Below are positions 50,179-59,307 of a DNA stretch of 64,000 bases, piece after piece. Source of the DNA: an uncultured Verrucomicrobiae bacterium (GTDB lineage Bacteria; Verrucomicrobiota; Verrucomicrobiia; Limisphaerales; Palsa-1400); the NCBI GenBank assembly GCA_963764165.1, contig CAVXRD010000002.1, positions 1,664,001-1,728,000 of the forward strand, written 5' to 3'. Numbering within the stretch: position 1 is the first letter of the stretch; each line of letters begins with the position of its first letter. The notes beneath the pieces were generated by a model. It saw only the letters and a list, made by a program, of their open reading frames with translations. It made no database searches and was not told the origin of the DNA. The position numbers were made by a program, and so were the translations under genes.

Positions 50179-51336
50179 TCACGCCCCGCGCTGTCCAAAC
50201 ACCTCTTCAAACAACCGCACAAAATCCCGCTCTGTAATCGAGCGTGGGTTGAATCCCGCCGTCCATTGCCGGGCTGCTTCGGCGGCGAGCGTGGGAATGG
50301 CGGATTCTTCCACGCCGCAATCCGCCAGAGAACGCGGCATGCCCGCGAGATTCAAGAAACTTTCCACTTTTGCCGCAAGTCCGGAGGATTTGGGTTCGCC
50401 GAGTTCATCATAAAGAGCCGCGAGGGCGGGATCAGCCGCATTAAAACGAATTACCGCCGGCAGCATCAATCCGACAGCCTGTCCGTGGACAATTTTGAAA
50501 TGCGCCGTCAACGGATTCGCCGCGGCGTGCGCCGCGCCGAGCATGCTGCTTTCAATGGCCAGCCCGGCCATGGCCGCGCCGAGAAGCATCCCCGCACGCG
50601 CCTCCAAATCCTTTCCATTCCGCAAGACGGCCGGAAACGATGATTGACAGAGCCGCCACGCTTCGCGCGAATAAGCCAGCGAAAGGGCGTTGCGCTTTTT
50701 GGTGACCGCCGTTTCGAGCGCGTGCGAAATCGCGTCAAGCCCTGTGCAGGCGGCCACGCGGGGCGGCTGGGAAATGGTCAGGGCCGGATCAAGCAGCGCG
50801 ATGCGAGCCGCCGCTTTCGGGTCGCCGCAGGCCATTTTGTTGTGCGTGGCCTCGTCGGCGATCAAGGCGAACGACTGGCATTCGCTTCCCGTTCCGGCGG
50901 TGGTCGGGATGGCGATGAGCGGAAGCATTGGAAGCTTCGCCTTGCCGACGCCCCAGTAATCCTGCATGCGTCCGCCGTTAGTCAATAAGAAATTGCAACC
51001 CTTCGCCGTGTCCATGCTGCTGCCGCCCCCCAATCCGACGATGCCATCAATCGAATTCTCCGTCGCGGCGGCGAGGCAGACGCCGACATCCGCCGTGGTG
51101 GGATTTTCGCGAACTTTGTCAAATAAAACCGTCGCCACCCCCGCCTTTTCCAGTCCGTCGCGCACACGCGCGGCATGTCCGGCGGCGACCACGCCGGGGT
51201 CAGTCACCAGAAGGACACGCTTTAGGCCAAGCTCGCGGGCCAGTTCGCCAGTCCGGTCGACTGAATCGACTCCGAAAATAATCCGGGTGCGCGGATGATG
51301 GTCAAAGCTCGGAACCGTCAGCGGCGAGAGGCTCAT
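50179..51336 (-). CDS. Iron-containing alcohol dehydrogenase
   Basis: GLGGGSSMDTAK, IPTTAGTGSE, GLDAISHALE, AAHA, HG; ATGA overlap with the upstream gene. Confidence 0.9.
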   Translation of the reverse strand: MSLSPLTVPSFDHHPRTRIIFGVDSVDRTGELARELGLKRVLLVTDPGVVAAGHAARVRDGLEKAGVATVLFDKVRENPTTADVGVCLAAATENSIDGIVGLGGGSSMDTAKGCNFLLTNGGRMQDYWGVGKAKLPMLPLIAIPTTAGTGSECQSFALIADEATHNKMACGDPKAAARIALLDPALTISQPPRVAACTGLDAISHALETAVTKKRNALSLAYSREAWRLCQSSFPAVLRNGKDLEARAGMLLGAAMAGLAIESSMLGAAHAAANPLTAHFKIVHGQAVGLMLPAVIRFNAADPALAALYDELGEPKSSGLAAKVESFLNLAGMPRSLADCGVEESAIPTLAAEAARQWTAGFNPRSITERDFVRLFEEVFGQRGA

Positions 51337-52751
51337 GAGGCGATTTCGAGGGCGCGGCGTTTGTAAAGAAACTCGAACATGTTGCCCTCGTGCGGCTGGT
51401 CCCACGAGACGGTCATGGTGGAAATCGGGCCAAGATTGAGCCGCTCGATCAGCGGCGTTTCCACCAATTGCGAAATAAATGACTCGTCGCGCGTGATGGC
51501 CGTGACCGCCAGCGAAGGCCCGATTTTTTCGAGCATCGCGGATTGCGGCACCGTCACGACGCTGGCGTAGGGGCAGAGAAATTCGCGATTGGCCAGCGGA
51601 TGTTCGATTGAATCGCACAGCACAATGGTGGGCCGCAGATAAAATCCGCCCTCGAATTGAACTTTGCGCGGCCCGTTGCGAAATTCAGCCGTGACGTCGC
51701 GCGCGCCGGGCGTTTTCAATCCGTCCTCGATGCTGCTGTCAATAAAATCCGCCATTTTGAGATTGGCGAATCCGGCCAGCCGCGCGTTCGGATCCGCCGC
51801 GGGCAATGGCGCTACGGGGCCCAATTTCCGAGACAGCGCCTCGGATATCTCTTTCGCGTATTTCGGCACGACAACAGCGGAGGCGTTGATGCAACTGCGC
51901 CCGCCGTTGTCCGAAATCGCCGAGACCAACAAATCAATAAATTCCGGCCAGCGCTCGATTTGATCATCGCCGATCAGGATTTTGCTGTAGCCCGGCCCGT
52001 GGATTTGAATGGCCGGATTGTTCGCGTAGGCGGAAGTCGTATTCTTGTCGCCGAAGATCAAAGCCCGTCCGCTGCCGCGCAAAATTTCGGCCGCGCCTTC
52101 GTGATCGGTCGGATAAAAGCCAAAGGCTTCGGCGGGGCAGCCGGCGGCGATGAAGGCTTGAATCAACCGAAACGGCGTCCACGGCTCCTCGCGCCCGGGC
52201 TTGATGACGACGGGAATTTTCAGCGGAATCGCGGGCAGCCACAGGGAATTCACCGCCGGAGAATTGCTAGGCATGACCAGTCCGAGGCAGCGGGCGGTTG
52301 GATAAAAACTGATGCGATCCGCAAAACCTTTGTCGAGCACTGTCAAATCAAGCCCACGCGTCAGGCCATTCAAAATGGCGGGCATGTTGGAGAGCGCGGC
52401 GTTGATTTTCGCCATGTTCCTCCGCACCATCACATGCGGCAATCCGCTGCTGGCCGAGAGCGATTCCAGATATTGAGCGGGCGACTGCGTGCCGCCTTCG
52501 CCAAGCGGCAATGTGCCTTCCAGAAAAAGCTTTCCCGCCTCGGCGCAAATATCGAGCAGCCGCGCGACGGGAATTTTTTTGAGGGACGCGCGCGCATCGC
52601 TCATGCGCGACAAATCCTTGCGCACGATTCCGCCATTGACCTGGCTGAGAGTGGCGAGAACAGCGCCGGTGCGGCAGTCGACGATGTTGCTGCGATCAAG
52701 GCTCTCGTAAGCCCGCCCGCGCCGCAAAGCTGGAATGTGAGAACTCGTCAT
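51333..52751 (-). CDS. ALDH-superfamily acyl reductase (EhpG/GriD-like)
   Basis: PSNSP...LW...KPGREEP, HGPGYSKILI (no ELGG Glu), ISDNGGRSCINAS catalytic Cys, PHEG; ATG 52751. Confidence 0.75.
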   Translation of the reverse strand: MTSSHIPALRRGRAYESLDRSNIVDCRTGAVLATLSQVNGGIVRKDLSRMSDARASLKKIPVARLLDICAEAGKLFLEGTLPLGEGGTQSPAQYLESLSASSGLPHVMVRRNMAKINAALSNMPAILNGLTRGLDLTVLDKGFADRISFYPTARCLGLVMPSNSPAVNSLWLPAIPLKIPVVIKPGREEPWTPFRLIQAFIAAGCPAEAFGFYPTDHEGAAEILRGSGRALIFGDKNTTSAYANNPAIQIHGPGYSKILIGDDQIERWPEFIDLLVSAISDNGGRSCINASAVVVPKYAKEISEALSRKLGPVAPLPAADPNARLAGFANLKMADFIDSSIEDGLKTPGARDVTAEFRNGPRKVQFEGGFYLRPTIVLCDSIEHPLANREFLCPYASVVTVPQSAMLEKIGPSLAVTAITRDESFISQLVETPLIERLNLGPISTMTVSWDQPHEGNMFEFLYKRRALEIAS

Positions 52752-52814
52752 CGCAAATCCATTGCCTGCAAGATATAGTGAATGCCGCTCATTGCCAGTG
52801 AGTTTTTTTATCAA

Positions 52815-53031
52815 GCGCGGCTGTGTCGAAGACCAGCCGCAGCGCGTCGCAGCGTCGGGCGCGCCGGTCAATTCCACTTTGCTGCGGATGGTCTTCGACA
52901 CAGCCGCGCGACGGAGACGCGGGCAAAGATTAAGCAAGGCACGGCGCCGCCCTACCGAGTTCATGGGTTCAATGCGCGAACATCGCTGGGGGGAATTCTC
53001 ACCCCGGACACCTCGGCGAGGCGTCCCTGCC
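52815..53031. repeat. Cluster of palindromic repeats
   Basis: 29-bp arms 52815-52843/52881-52909 (1 mismatch); single REP arms near 52938-52956 and 53004-53031. Confidence 0.8.
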
Positions 53032-53033
53032 TT

Positions 53034-54413
53034 TCAAGTGGCGGCTGAGAATTTCGGCAAAGACTTCTTCCATTCCAGCGCAGCGGCGCGCAACCGCTTA
53101 GTCAATTCCGGCTCTTTCTCGGCGAGATTTGTTGTTTCCTTTGGGTCGGCGTCCATGTCGTAAAGTTCGGTGGAGCTTCCGTCGGCGTTGACGAGCAATT
53201 TCCACTTGCCTTCGCGCACGGCGAGGTGCGGGCTGCGATCCTGCGGCGGGCCCGGATAATTGAAAAACTTCGATTCCCTCCCGTATTCCCAGAAAATCGT
53301 TTTGTTGTGCGGGCGCGAATCGGTGAACAGCGCCGCGCTCATGTCTTCGCCGTCGGGCGCGAGGCCGGTGGGAAGCGGGGCGCGGGCGATGCCGCACAAG
53401 GTCGGAAATAGGTCGACCGCCTCCAAGACCGTCTGCTCATCCACCCGCCCGGCTTTCGTGTGGCCGGGCCAGCGGACGATGAACGGCACGCGCACGCCGC
53501 CTTCGTAAAGACTCAATTTGCTGCCGCGCAAATTGCCCGTGCGCTCGCGCTTGAAGGAAGGCAGCGGGCCGTTGTCGCTCGTGAAAATCACCAGCGTGCC
53601 GTCTTCCAGGCCGAGTCTTTTCAAGCCGTCGAAAAGGCGGCCCATTTGAACGTCATATTCCGCCAGCACCTTGCAAAGGTCGCGCCGCTCGGCGGAATTT
53701 GGTTTTTCTTTTTGACGTTGCGCGTCCGGCACCCAAGGGGTGTGAACGTCGTCCGGCCAGAGTTCCACGTAGCACGGTTCGCTTTTATGGCGGCTCAGAA
53801 AATCGAGCGACTTGTCAACAAAGTAGCGCGTGCGCTCCCAGCGTTTGACGGGATCCTTGGGCGACCAAATCCAATCGGTGGCGGTGATGTTCGGATCGGG
53901 CTCGGGGCTTTCATAAGTGCCGGAGTGCTCATCGTAACCATAAGCGCTGAAAGGCGGCGCATTCTTGACATCGCGCCCGCCGCCCATGTGCCATTTGCCG
54001 AAATGGCCGGTGGCGTAACCGGCCGCTTTCATCACGCGCCCGAGCGCCGGGATATTGGTCGGGAGAAAATCCGTCTGCTCGCAATCGCGGTTTTTGGCGC
54101 GGGTGTCGAGGAAGGTCGTGAAATGGTTGCGCGCGGGAAATCTGCCGGTGATGAAGGCCGCCCGCGAAGGCGAACAAATCGGGGCATTGTCGTAGAAGTG
54201 CGTGAAACGAACGCCTTCTTTCGCGAGCCGGTCGATGTTGGGAGTCGGCGCAAGTTTCCCGCCGTAGCAGCTGGGATCGCTGTATCCCATGTCGTCTGTC
54301 AATATGAATACAATATTGGGGCGCCTGATGGCTCCGGGAGATTGGGCGCGGGCAATTCCAACGGCTGCGAACAACAAAACCAGCAGCAGATTCCAACTAC
54401 GGCTTTTCGTCAT
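53034..54413 (-). CDS. Secreted Cys-type sulfatase (arylsulfatase A-like)
   Basis: PNIVFILTDDMG, CSPSRAAFITG, GKWHMG, TSDNG, K.SLYEGGVRVP. Confidence 0.92.
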   Translation of the reverse strand: MTKSRSWNLLLVLLFAAVGIARAQSPGAIRRPNIVFILTDDMGYSDPSCYGGKLAPTPNIDRLAKEGVRFTHFYDNAPICSPSRAAFITGRFPARNHFTTFLDTRAKNRDCEQTDFLPTNIPALGRVMKAAGYATGHFGKWHMGGGRDVKNAPPFSAYGYDEHSGTYESPEPDPNITATDWIWSPKDPVKRWERTRYFVDKSLDFLSRHKSEPCYVELWPDDVHTPWVPDAQRQKEKPNSAERRDLCKVLAEYDVQMGRLFDGLKRLGLEDGTLVIFTSDNGPLPSFKRERTGNLRGSKLSLYEGGVRVPFIVRWPGHTKAGRVDEQTVLEAVDLFPTLCGIARAPLPTGLAPDGEDMSAALFTDSRPHNKTIFWEYGRESKFFNYPGPPQDRSPHLAVREGKWKLLVNADGSSTELYDMDADPKETTNLAEKEPELTKRLRAAALEWKKSLPKFSAAT

Positions 54414-57075
54414 AACGAACAATGGTGAACGAGTTTGGAGGAAAGGTAATCTTGCCATCGGCAGTGAAATCGTCGGTCGACCAAGGCGTGTATTCGGGAT
54501 CGATGTGCGACGGTTCCGAGGCGGTGTTTACCGCGCCCAAATCGCCGAAAATCCGCGTTACCCGGGCAATTGGTTTTTGCGAAGAAATGCCCTGGAGGTG
54601 GACGCCGGATTGAATTGTGTCCGCAGTGGCATTGAGAACCTGCAGTACAAGGGTCTCCCCATTCTCGCTTCGGGTCGCGACGGCTTCAAAACCTGAATTC
54701 GCCCCCGAGACATCGCACTGGACGAGTTCCGGCTGGTAGTTATCCGATAGCATTTGCATGACGAATCCCGGCGGCTGCGCCCAAACTTTCGATGGATTCA
54801 AAAACAGGAGGCCTTGATCCCAGTCGTTGTCATTCTGGCCATCGGGCTGCAAGCCATTGGCGCTCGTGACGATGGGCAGGCGGCCGTCGCGCTCAATGGC
54901 CATGATGGCTTGGGCATTGGCCAGCGCGCGGCGCTGCGCGTGATTGCCGGCGTTCAACTCAAACACCACGACCTTGTGTTTCGCGCCGTCCGCCAGTTTG
55001 TCGAGCGCGTCGCAATACGAAAACATGCCCTCCATCGTATTGTTGCGGCTCCAAGGCTGCTCGGTGTTCACATGAATATCGAACCAGACTTCGCCATCAT
55101 GCTCTTTGGCAAATTTCAATATGCGCTGCTGTCCCGCAAGGGTCGTGAGGTGCGAATCCGCGCCCGTGAAATGGAATGGATCTTCAATCTTTCGCGTGTA
55201 AGCGAAATCGCCGACCACGAGAATCATATTCTTGTCCTTCGCCCAAATCGCCGAGGCGAGGGCCTCGAATTTTTCCGCGTATTCCATGTCCACACGCTCT
55301 TCGTTGCCGAGTTCCATGTAGCGCAAGCGGTAGGGTTCCGGATGTCCGTCATCGGCGCGGTGTCGGGCCCATTCCGAATTGGCCGAGCCTTTCGCGTAAT
55401 CGACGAAGTCGCCCATGTCCGACGGCTTCTCGCTAATATTGAAGTCCGGGATGTATTCAAAACCGGCGGCTTCCGCGAAATTCAGGAAATCCACAATGCC
55501 CCAGCCGTCGCTCGAATAAGGGTGCCAAAGCCCGGAGTAAGGTGGGCGCTGGGCGCGCGGGCCGATCATGTTTTTCCAGCGGTAGCTGTTGGTGTTGACC
55601 ATAGATCCGCCATAGCGCACGACCTTGGTGCCGAGCTTGATCAACCCGTCTGCGACGTCGCGCCGCACGGGCAATCCCTTGAACCGCCCCCAATCTCCCG
55701 GCTGCAGAAACGCGTGGCCGAGGGTCACGGATGATTTGGATTTCTTCAATGTGACAGTGAACCGCCCCGCCGGATCGGTTGCGTCAGGCGTCAAGACGAA
55801 ATCCAGCCTTTGCCAATCCCCCGCTTTCAATTTCAGCGGAGTTTCCGCGTAGATTGGCGAGCCGCTTTTGCTTTCCAGCGCGGCCGTCAATTCCGTGTCC
55901 GCGTCCGCGCGGGCGTAGAAATAGCCTTCGTACGGCTTGCCCGCTTCGAAACTCATTCCCCAACGATTCAAACCGCTGTTGGCAATTCCGACTCTGCCCT
56001 TGCCCGAATGAAACTCCACGAATTGCGCCGTGCTGCTGAACAGGCTGCTGGGCTTGATTTCAAATTTGCCGCGCGCCGTGCCAGATTCGACGGCGTCCCA
56101 CATGCCACTGACTTGCGGCGTGGCGAGCTGCGTGAAAGGAATCGAGGCGGCGGATGTTCCTTCGCCGGCCTTAAGATCGCGGTACATCACCGTGCCGCTC
56201 CAAGGCCGCAGCCCAAATCCGCCGGGTTCCAACGCATGGCCTTCATCGTCATGGCGGAGAATGCTTTTTCCATTTACCGAAATTTCCAGAACGCTTCCGT
56301 GCATGTCCACTTTGAGCTTTATCCACGATCGCAGCGGAACCGCGCACGGCACGTCCTTGATGGGTTCATAATTGTGGCGATGACGGGCCAGCCGCAGCGT
56401 CTGCGTGCGCGGGTCGAGCGAAACTTCGCAGCCGTCAAAAGCGTCCCCGCCATCTCCGGGATGGCTGGCGCGAACAATCAGCCCGCTGTATTCGGCATTC
56501 GCATCCGGGAAGAAAAGCTCCACCGCAATGACGCCGTCATGGATCAGGCTGTCGCAAAAAAGCTTTGGCCCGCCTGACGCGTGAACACGAACAACATGGT
56601 TTGACACGGCCCAATCTCCGCCGAAGGCCTTGAATCCCTGGATGCGCCCGGGCGGCGCGGGTTCCTGAAAGCTCTCGCCATAAATCATCTGGCTGTAAAG
56701 CCCGCCGTAAATCTCGTGATTCACGTCCTCGATGCAAACGCCTGTCAACAACGGGGCGATGGGATGGAGGACGCGGTCGGCGTGAACTTCAATCAGAGGC
56801 TGCCGGGCGTTTGCGGAAATGATTACGGAGAGAAAAGCCGCCCCAATTTTGAGCAAACCGCGGTAGGGCGAGGCTCCCGCCGAGCCATTTCCCAGACGTA
56901 GCGCAGGTTTCCAAACCTGCCGTATCGCGGATTTCCAAATCCGCTTGCCGCAACACCGCATGCAGGCTTGGAAGCCTGCGATACAGCAGGTTTGGAAACT
57001 TGCGCTACAAGACACGGCTCGGCGGGAGCCTCGCCCTGCCGGGCGTGTCAACCATTTCACGATTCGTGTCAACAT
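54397..57075 (-). CDS. Multidomain GH51-like glycoside hydrolase with inserted beta-sandwich (DUF1080-like) domain
   Basis: EDVNHEIYGGLYSQMI, RYGGS, ELGNEE, VFELN; start is either ATG 57075 (1 nt after the deoC stop) or TTG 56856. Confidence 0.8.
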   Translation of the reverse strand: MLTRIVKWLTRPAGRGSRRAVSCSASFQTCCIAGFQACMRCCGKRIWKSAIRQVWKPALRLGNGSAGASPYRGLLKIGAAFLSVIISANARQPLIEVHADRVLHPIAPLLTGVCIEDVNHEIYGGLYSQMIYGESFQEPAPPGRIQGFKAFGGDWAVSNHVVRVHASGGPKLFCDSLIHDGVIAVELFFPDANAEYSGLIVRASHPGDGGDAFDGCEVSLDPRTQTLRLARHRHNYEPIKDVPCAVPLRSWIKLKVDMHGSVLEISVNGKSILRHDDEGHALEPGGFGLRPWSGTVMYRDLKAGEGTSAASIPFTQLATPQVSGMWDAVESGTARGKFEIKPSSLFSSTAQFVEFHSGKGRVGIANSGLNRWGMSFEAGKPYEGYFYARADADTELTAALESKSGSPIYAETPLKLKAGDWQRLDFVLTPDATDPAGRFTVTLKKSKSSVTLGHAFLQPGDWGRFKGLPVRRDVADGLIKLGTKVVRYGGSMVNTNSYRWKNMIGPRAQRPPYSGLWHPYSSDGWGIVDFLNFAEAAGFEYIPDFNISEKPSDMGDFVDYAKGSANSEWARHRADDGHPEPYRLRYMELGNEERVDMEYAEKFEALASAIWAKDKNMILVVGDFAYTRKIEDPFHFTGADSHLTTLAGQQRILKFAKEHDGEVWFDIHVNTEQPWSRNNTMEGMFSYCDALDKLADGAKHKVVVFELNAGNHAQRRALANAQAIMAIERDGRLPIVTSANGLQPDGQNDNDWDQGLLFLNPSKVWAQPPGFVMQMLSDNYQPELVQCDVSGANSGFEAVATRSENGETLVLQVLNATADTIQSGVHLQGISSQKPIARVTRIFGDLGAVNTASEPSHIDPEYTPWSTDDFTADGKITFPPNSFTIVRYDEKP
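56861..57041. repeat. Nested GTAG-REP composite inside the GH51 ORF
   Basis: Outer arms 56861-56886/57016-57041 (1 mismatch); inner arms 56898-56938/56968-57008 (5 mismatches). Confidence 0.88.
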
Positions 57076-57076
57076 A

Positions 57077-57880
57077 TCAATAACCCCCGCGTCCTATCAC
57101 CGGATCGTTATTATCCAAAGGCGTCGTCGCAGCCGGTTTGTTTTCGGCGGCGGCGCGGCGGCGGTATTCATCGAGCATCGCGGCGGTGGCGGTCGCGCCG
57201 AGCCTGGTTGCGCCGAGATCGCGGACGAGAATCAAGCCATCCAAATCGCGCACGCCACCGGCGGCTTTCACTTGCACCTTGGGCGAGCAGGCGGCGCGCA
57301 TCAATTTCAAATCCTCCGCCGTCGCGCCACGATAGCTATATTTGCCGTCCGCGCCTTTGACGAAACCGTAGCCAGTAGAAGTCTTCACCCAATCCGCCCC
57401 GGCCCGCTCGCTGAGCTGGCACAACTTGCGTTTGAAATCGTCGCTGCTCAACCCTGCGCCGCCGACTGTCAAATAGTCGTTCTCGAAAATCACCTTCACC
57501 TTTGCGCCGTGCGAGTGCGCCTCATCGCAAACGGCTTTGATGTCGCGCTCCACGTAATCCCAATCGCCGCCCAGCGCTTTGCCAATGTTGATGACCATGT
57601 CGATTTCGCGCGCGCCGTCGCGGCAGGCCAATCCAGTTTCGTAACGCTTGGATTCCGTCCCGCTGCTGCCGTGCGGAAAACCAATCACTGCGCCGACCAG
57701 CACGTTCGTCCCCGCCAGCAACTCCACAGCGCGTTTGACGAAGTAGGGTTTAATGCAGACCGAGGCGACCGCGTATTTCGCCGCCAGCCGGCAGCCATCC
57801 TCCAATTCGCGATCCGTCATCGTCGGGTGCAGGAGCGAATGATCGATCATTCCCGCCAATTCTTCATAAGTGTATTTCAT
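57077..57880 (-). CDS. deoC: Deoxyribose-phosphate aldolase family
   Basis: IDHSLLHP, VIGFPHG, EIDMVINIG, KVIFE, VKTSTG, VKAAGGVR, RLG. Confidence 0.88.
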   Translation of the reverse strand: MKYTYEELAGMIDHSLLHPTMTDRELEDGCRLAAKYAVASVCIKPYFVKRAVELLAGTNVLVGAVIGFPHGSSGTESKRYETGLACRDGAREIDMVINIGKALGGDWDYVERDIKAVCDEAHSHGAKVKVIFENDYLTVGGAGLSSDDFKRKLCQLSERAGADWVKTSTGYGFVKGADGKYSYRGATAEDLKLMRAACSPKVQVKAAGGVRDLDGLILVRDLGATRLGATATAAMLDEYRRRAAAENKPAATTPLDNNDPVIGRGGY

Positions 57881-57892
57881 GCGGAGGGAATT

Positions 57893-58807
57893 TCAGACGA
57901 AGTAGGGAGCGAGGACATTTCGCGCCACTTTGATCGCGCGTTTGCGGCCTTCCAAATCTTTGCCAAACGTATCGTCCTCGACCTCGATGCAAACGGGCCC
58001 GGAATATCCGGTGGCCGTTACCGCCGCCAAAAAGCGCGGCCAATCGATCATGCCGTAACCCGGAATGCGCGGACGATGCCATTGCGACGGAAAGCCAAAC
58101 ACGCCGACCTCATTTAATTGATCCTGGAAAATTTCGACATCCTTCGCGTGCATGTGAAAGAGCTTGCCCGCAAATTCGCTCAGCGGCGAAATGGGATCCA
58201 TGAACATGAAGGCGAAGTGCGACGGGTCGTAATTCAGCCCCAGATTGGGCGAGGAAAGATCGCTGAAAAGCCGCCGCCAAATGACAGGCGAGGTCGCGAT
58301 ATTCTTTCCGCCCGGCCATTCGTTGCGCCCGAACATCATCGGACAGTTTTCGATGCCGATGCGCACGTCGTGATCTTCGGCGAACTTAATGAGCGGCTTC
58401 CAAACTTTGAGAAGGCGCGGCCAATTGTCGTCCACGGTCTTCGTCCAGTCGCGTCCTATAAAAGTATTGACAGTTGAAAGGCCAAGCATCGCCGCCGCCT
58501 CGATCACTTTCTTCAAATGCGCGGCGGTTCGTCTCGATACCGCATCGTCGGGATCGAGGAGATTTGGATAATATCCCAGCGCGCTAATATGGACGCCGTG
58601 CTTTTGAGTGAGCGAGAGGACGTCCTCGGCCTGACTCTTCGTGAATTTCTCGACGTCGATGTGCGTGACGCCCGCAAAGCGCCGCTCCGCCTTGCCGACG
58701 GGCCAGCACATCACTTCCACGGCGGCGAAATGCTGGGCTGCCGCGAAGGCCAGCACTTCCTCCAGCGACACCTCCGGCAAAATCGCCGAAACCAAACCAA
58801 GTTGCAT
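57893..58807 (-). CDS. Sugar phosphate isomerase/epimerase (xylose isomerase-like TIM barrel)
   Basis: IENCP, NYDPSH, HMHAKD, PGYG.IDW and IEVED metal ligands. Confidence 0.85.
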   Translation of the reverse strand: MQLGLVSAILPEVSLEEVLAFAAAQHFAAVEVMCWPVGKAERRFAGVTHIDVEKFTKSQAEDVLSLTQKHGVHISALGYYPNLLDPDDAVSRRTAAHLKKVIEAAAMLGLSTVNTFIGRDWTKTVDDNWPRLLKVWKPLIKFAEDHDVRIGIENCPMMFGRNEWPGGKNIATSPVIWRRLFSDLSSPNLGLNYDPSHFAFMFMDPISPLSEFAGKLFHMHAKDVEIFQDQLNEVGVFGFPSQWHRPRIPGYGMIDWPRFLAAVTATGYSGPVCIEVEDDTFGKDLEGRKRAIKVARNVLAPYFV

Positions 58808-58880
58808 GAGGCGACAATAAATGCCGCGCGCGCGAATGGCCAGCTTGGACTCCGGGCGGCGAAATCGGGAAGAGGGGATA

Positions 58881-59050
58881 AATCTGGAACTCAGGAAATC
58901 AGGAAAAGAGACAGATATTGTTCGCTTGTCTGATTTATACGCTGCCGCCGGCTGTACTGACCGCTGGAGTAATTGTATCTAAATACATATTATCTCCCGT
59001 CGTGGGAAATTGACCCTGGCCTCTTTTCCTGATTTCCTGAGTTCCAGATT
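58881..59050. repeat. Perfect 30-bp inverted repeat pair (same family as 7257-7422)
   Basis: AATCTGGAACTCAGGAAATCAGGAAAAGAG 58881-58910 is the exact reverse complement of 59021-59050. Confidence 0.9.
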
Positions 59051-59112
59051 AAAATCCTCTTTCCCTGATTTTCTTGCCTGTTGGCGGGCGGCGTAGTAAT
59101 TTCTGCGCACTG

Positions 59113-59286
59113 ATGAATAAGTCTATGGATCGGAGCCGCGCGGAAATCGTCATGTTTGCGGCCGCCGCGTTTGGAATTTGGACGTTCGTTTGGTCGATTA
59201 TTCTCACCAATATATGGCTGGGAGCTTTCGCGTTTCTCATCATTTTGAGCGCGCTCATTGCTTTTGCCATTCGGAATGCGGATTAA
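59113..59286 (+). CDS. Small two-TM membrane protein
   Basis: 57-aa hydrophobic hairpin ending 21 nt before xylB. Confidence 0.45.
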   Translation: MNKSMDRSRAEIVMFAAAAFGIWTFVWSIILTNIWLGAFAFLIILSALIAFAIRNAD

Positions 59287-59307
59287 TCCATTCCGTCCGT
59301 CCCGCTC

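Noticed and set aside
32481..52751. Bioluminescence (LuxE/LuxC) or phenazine biosynthetic cluster
   Set aside because: No luxAB/luxD or phzA-G recognised in the window; motifs fit EhpF/EhpG-type proteins without a biosynthetic core
52752..52964. N-terminal extension of the ALDH-fold ORF through a palindrome
   Set aside because: No coupling to the upstream gene and no signal-peptide logic; ATG 52751 gives a normal-length protein
34838..57880. Bacterial microcompartment locus (aldolase, ALDH, ADH, Pta)
   Set aside because: No BMC shell or vertex genes, and the enzymes are dispersed
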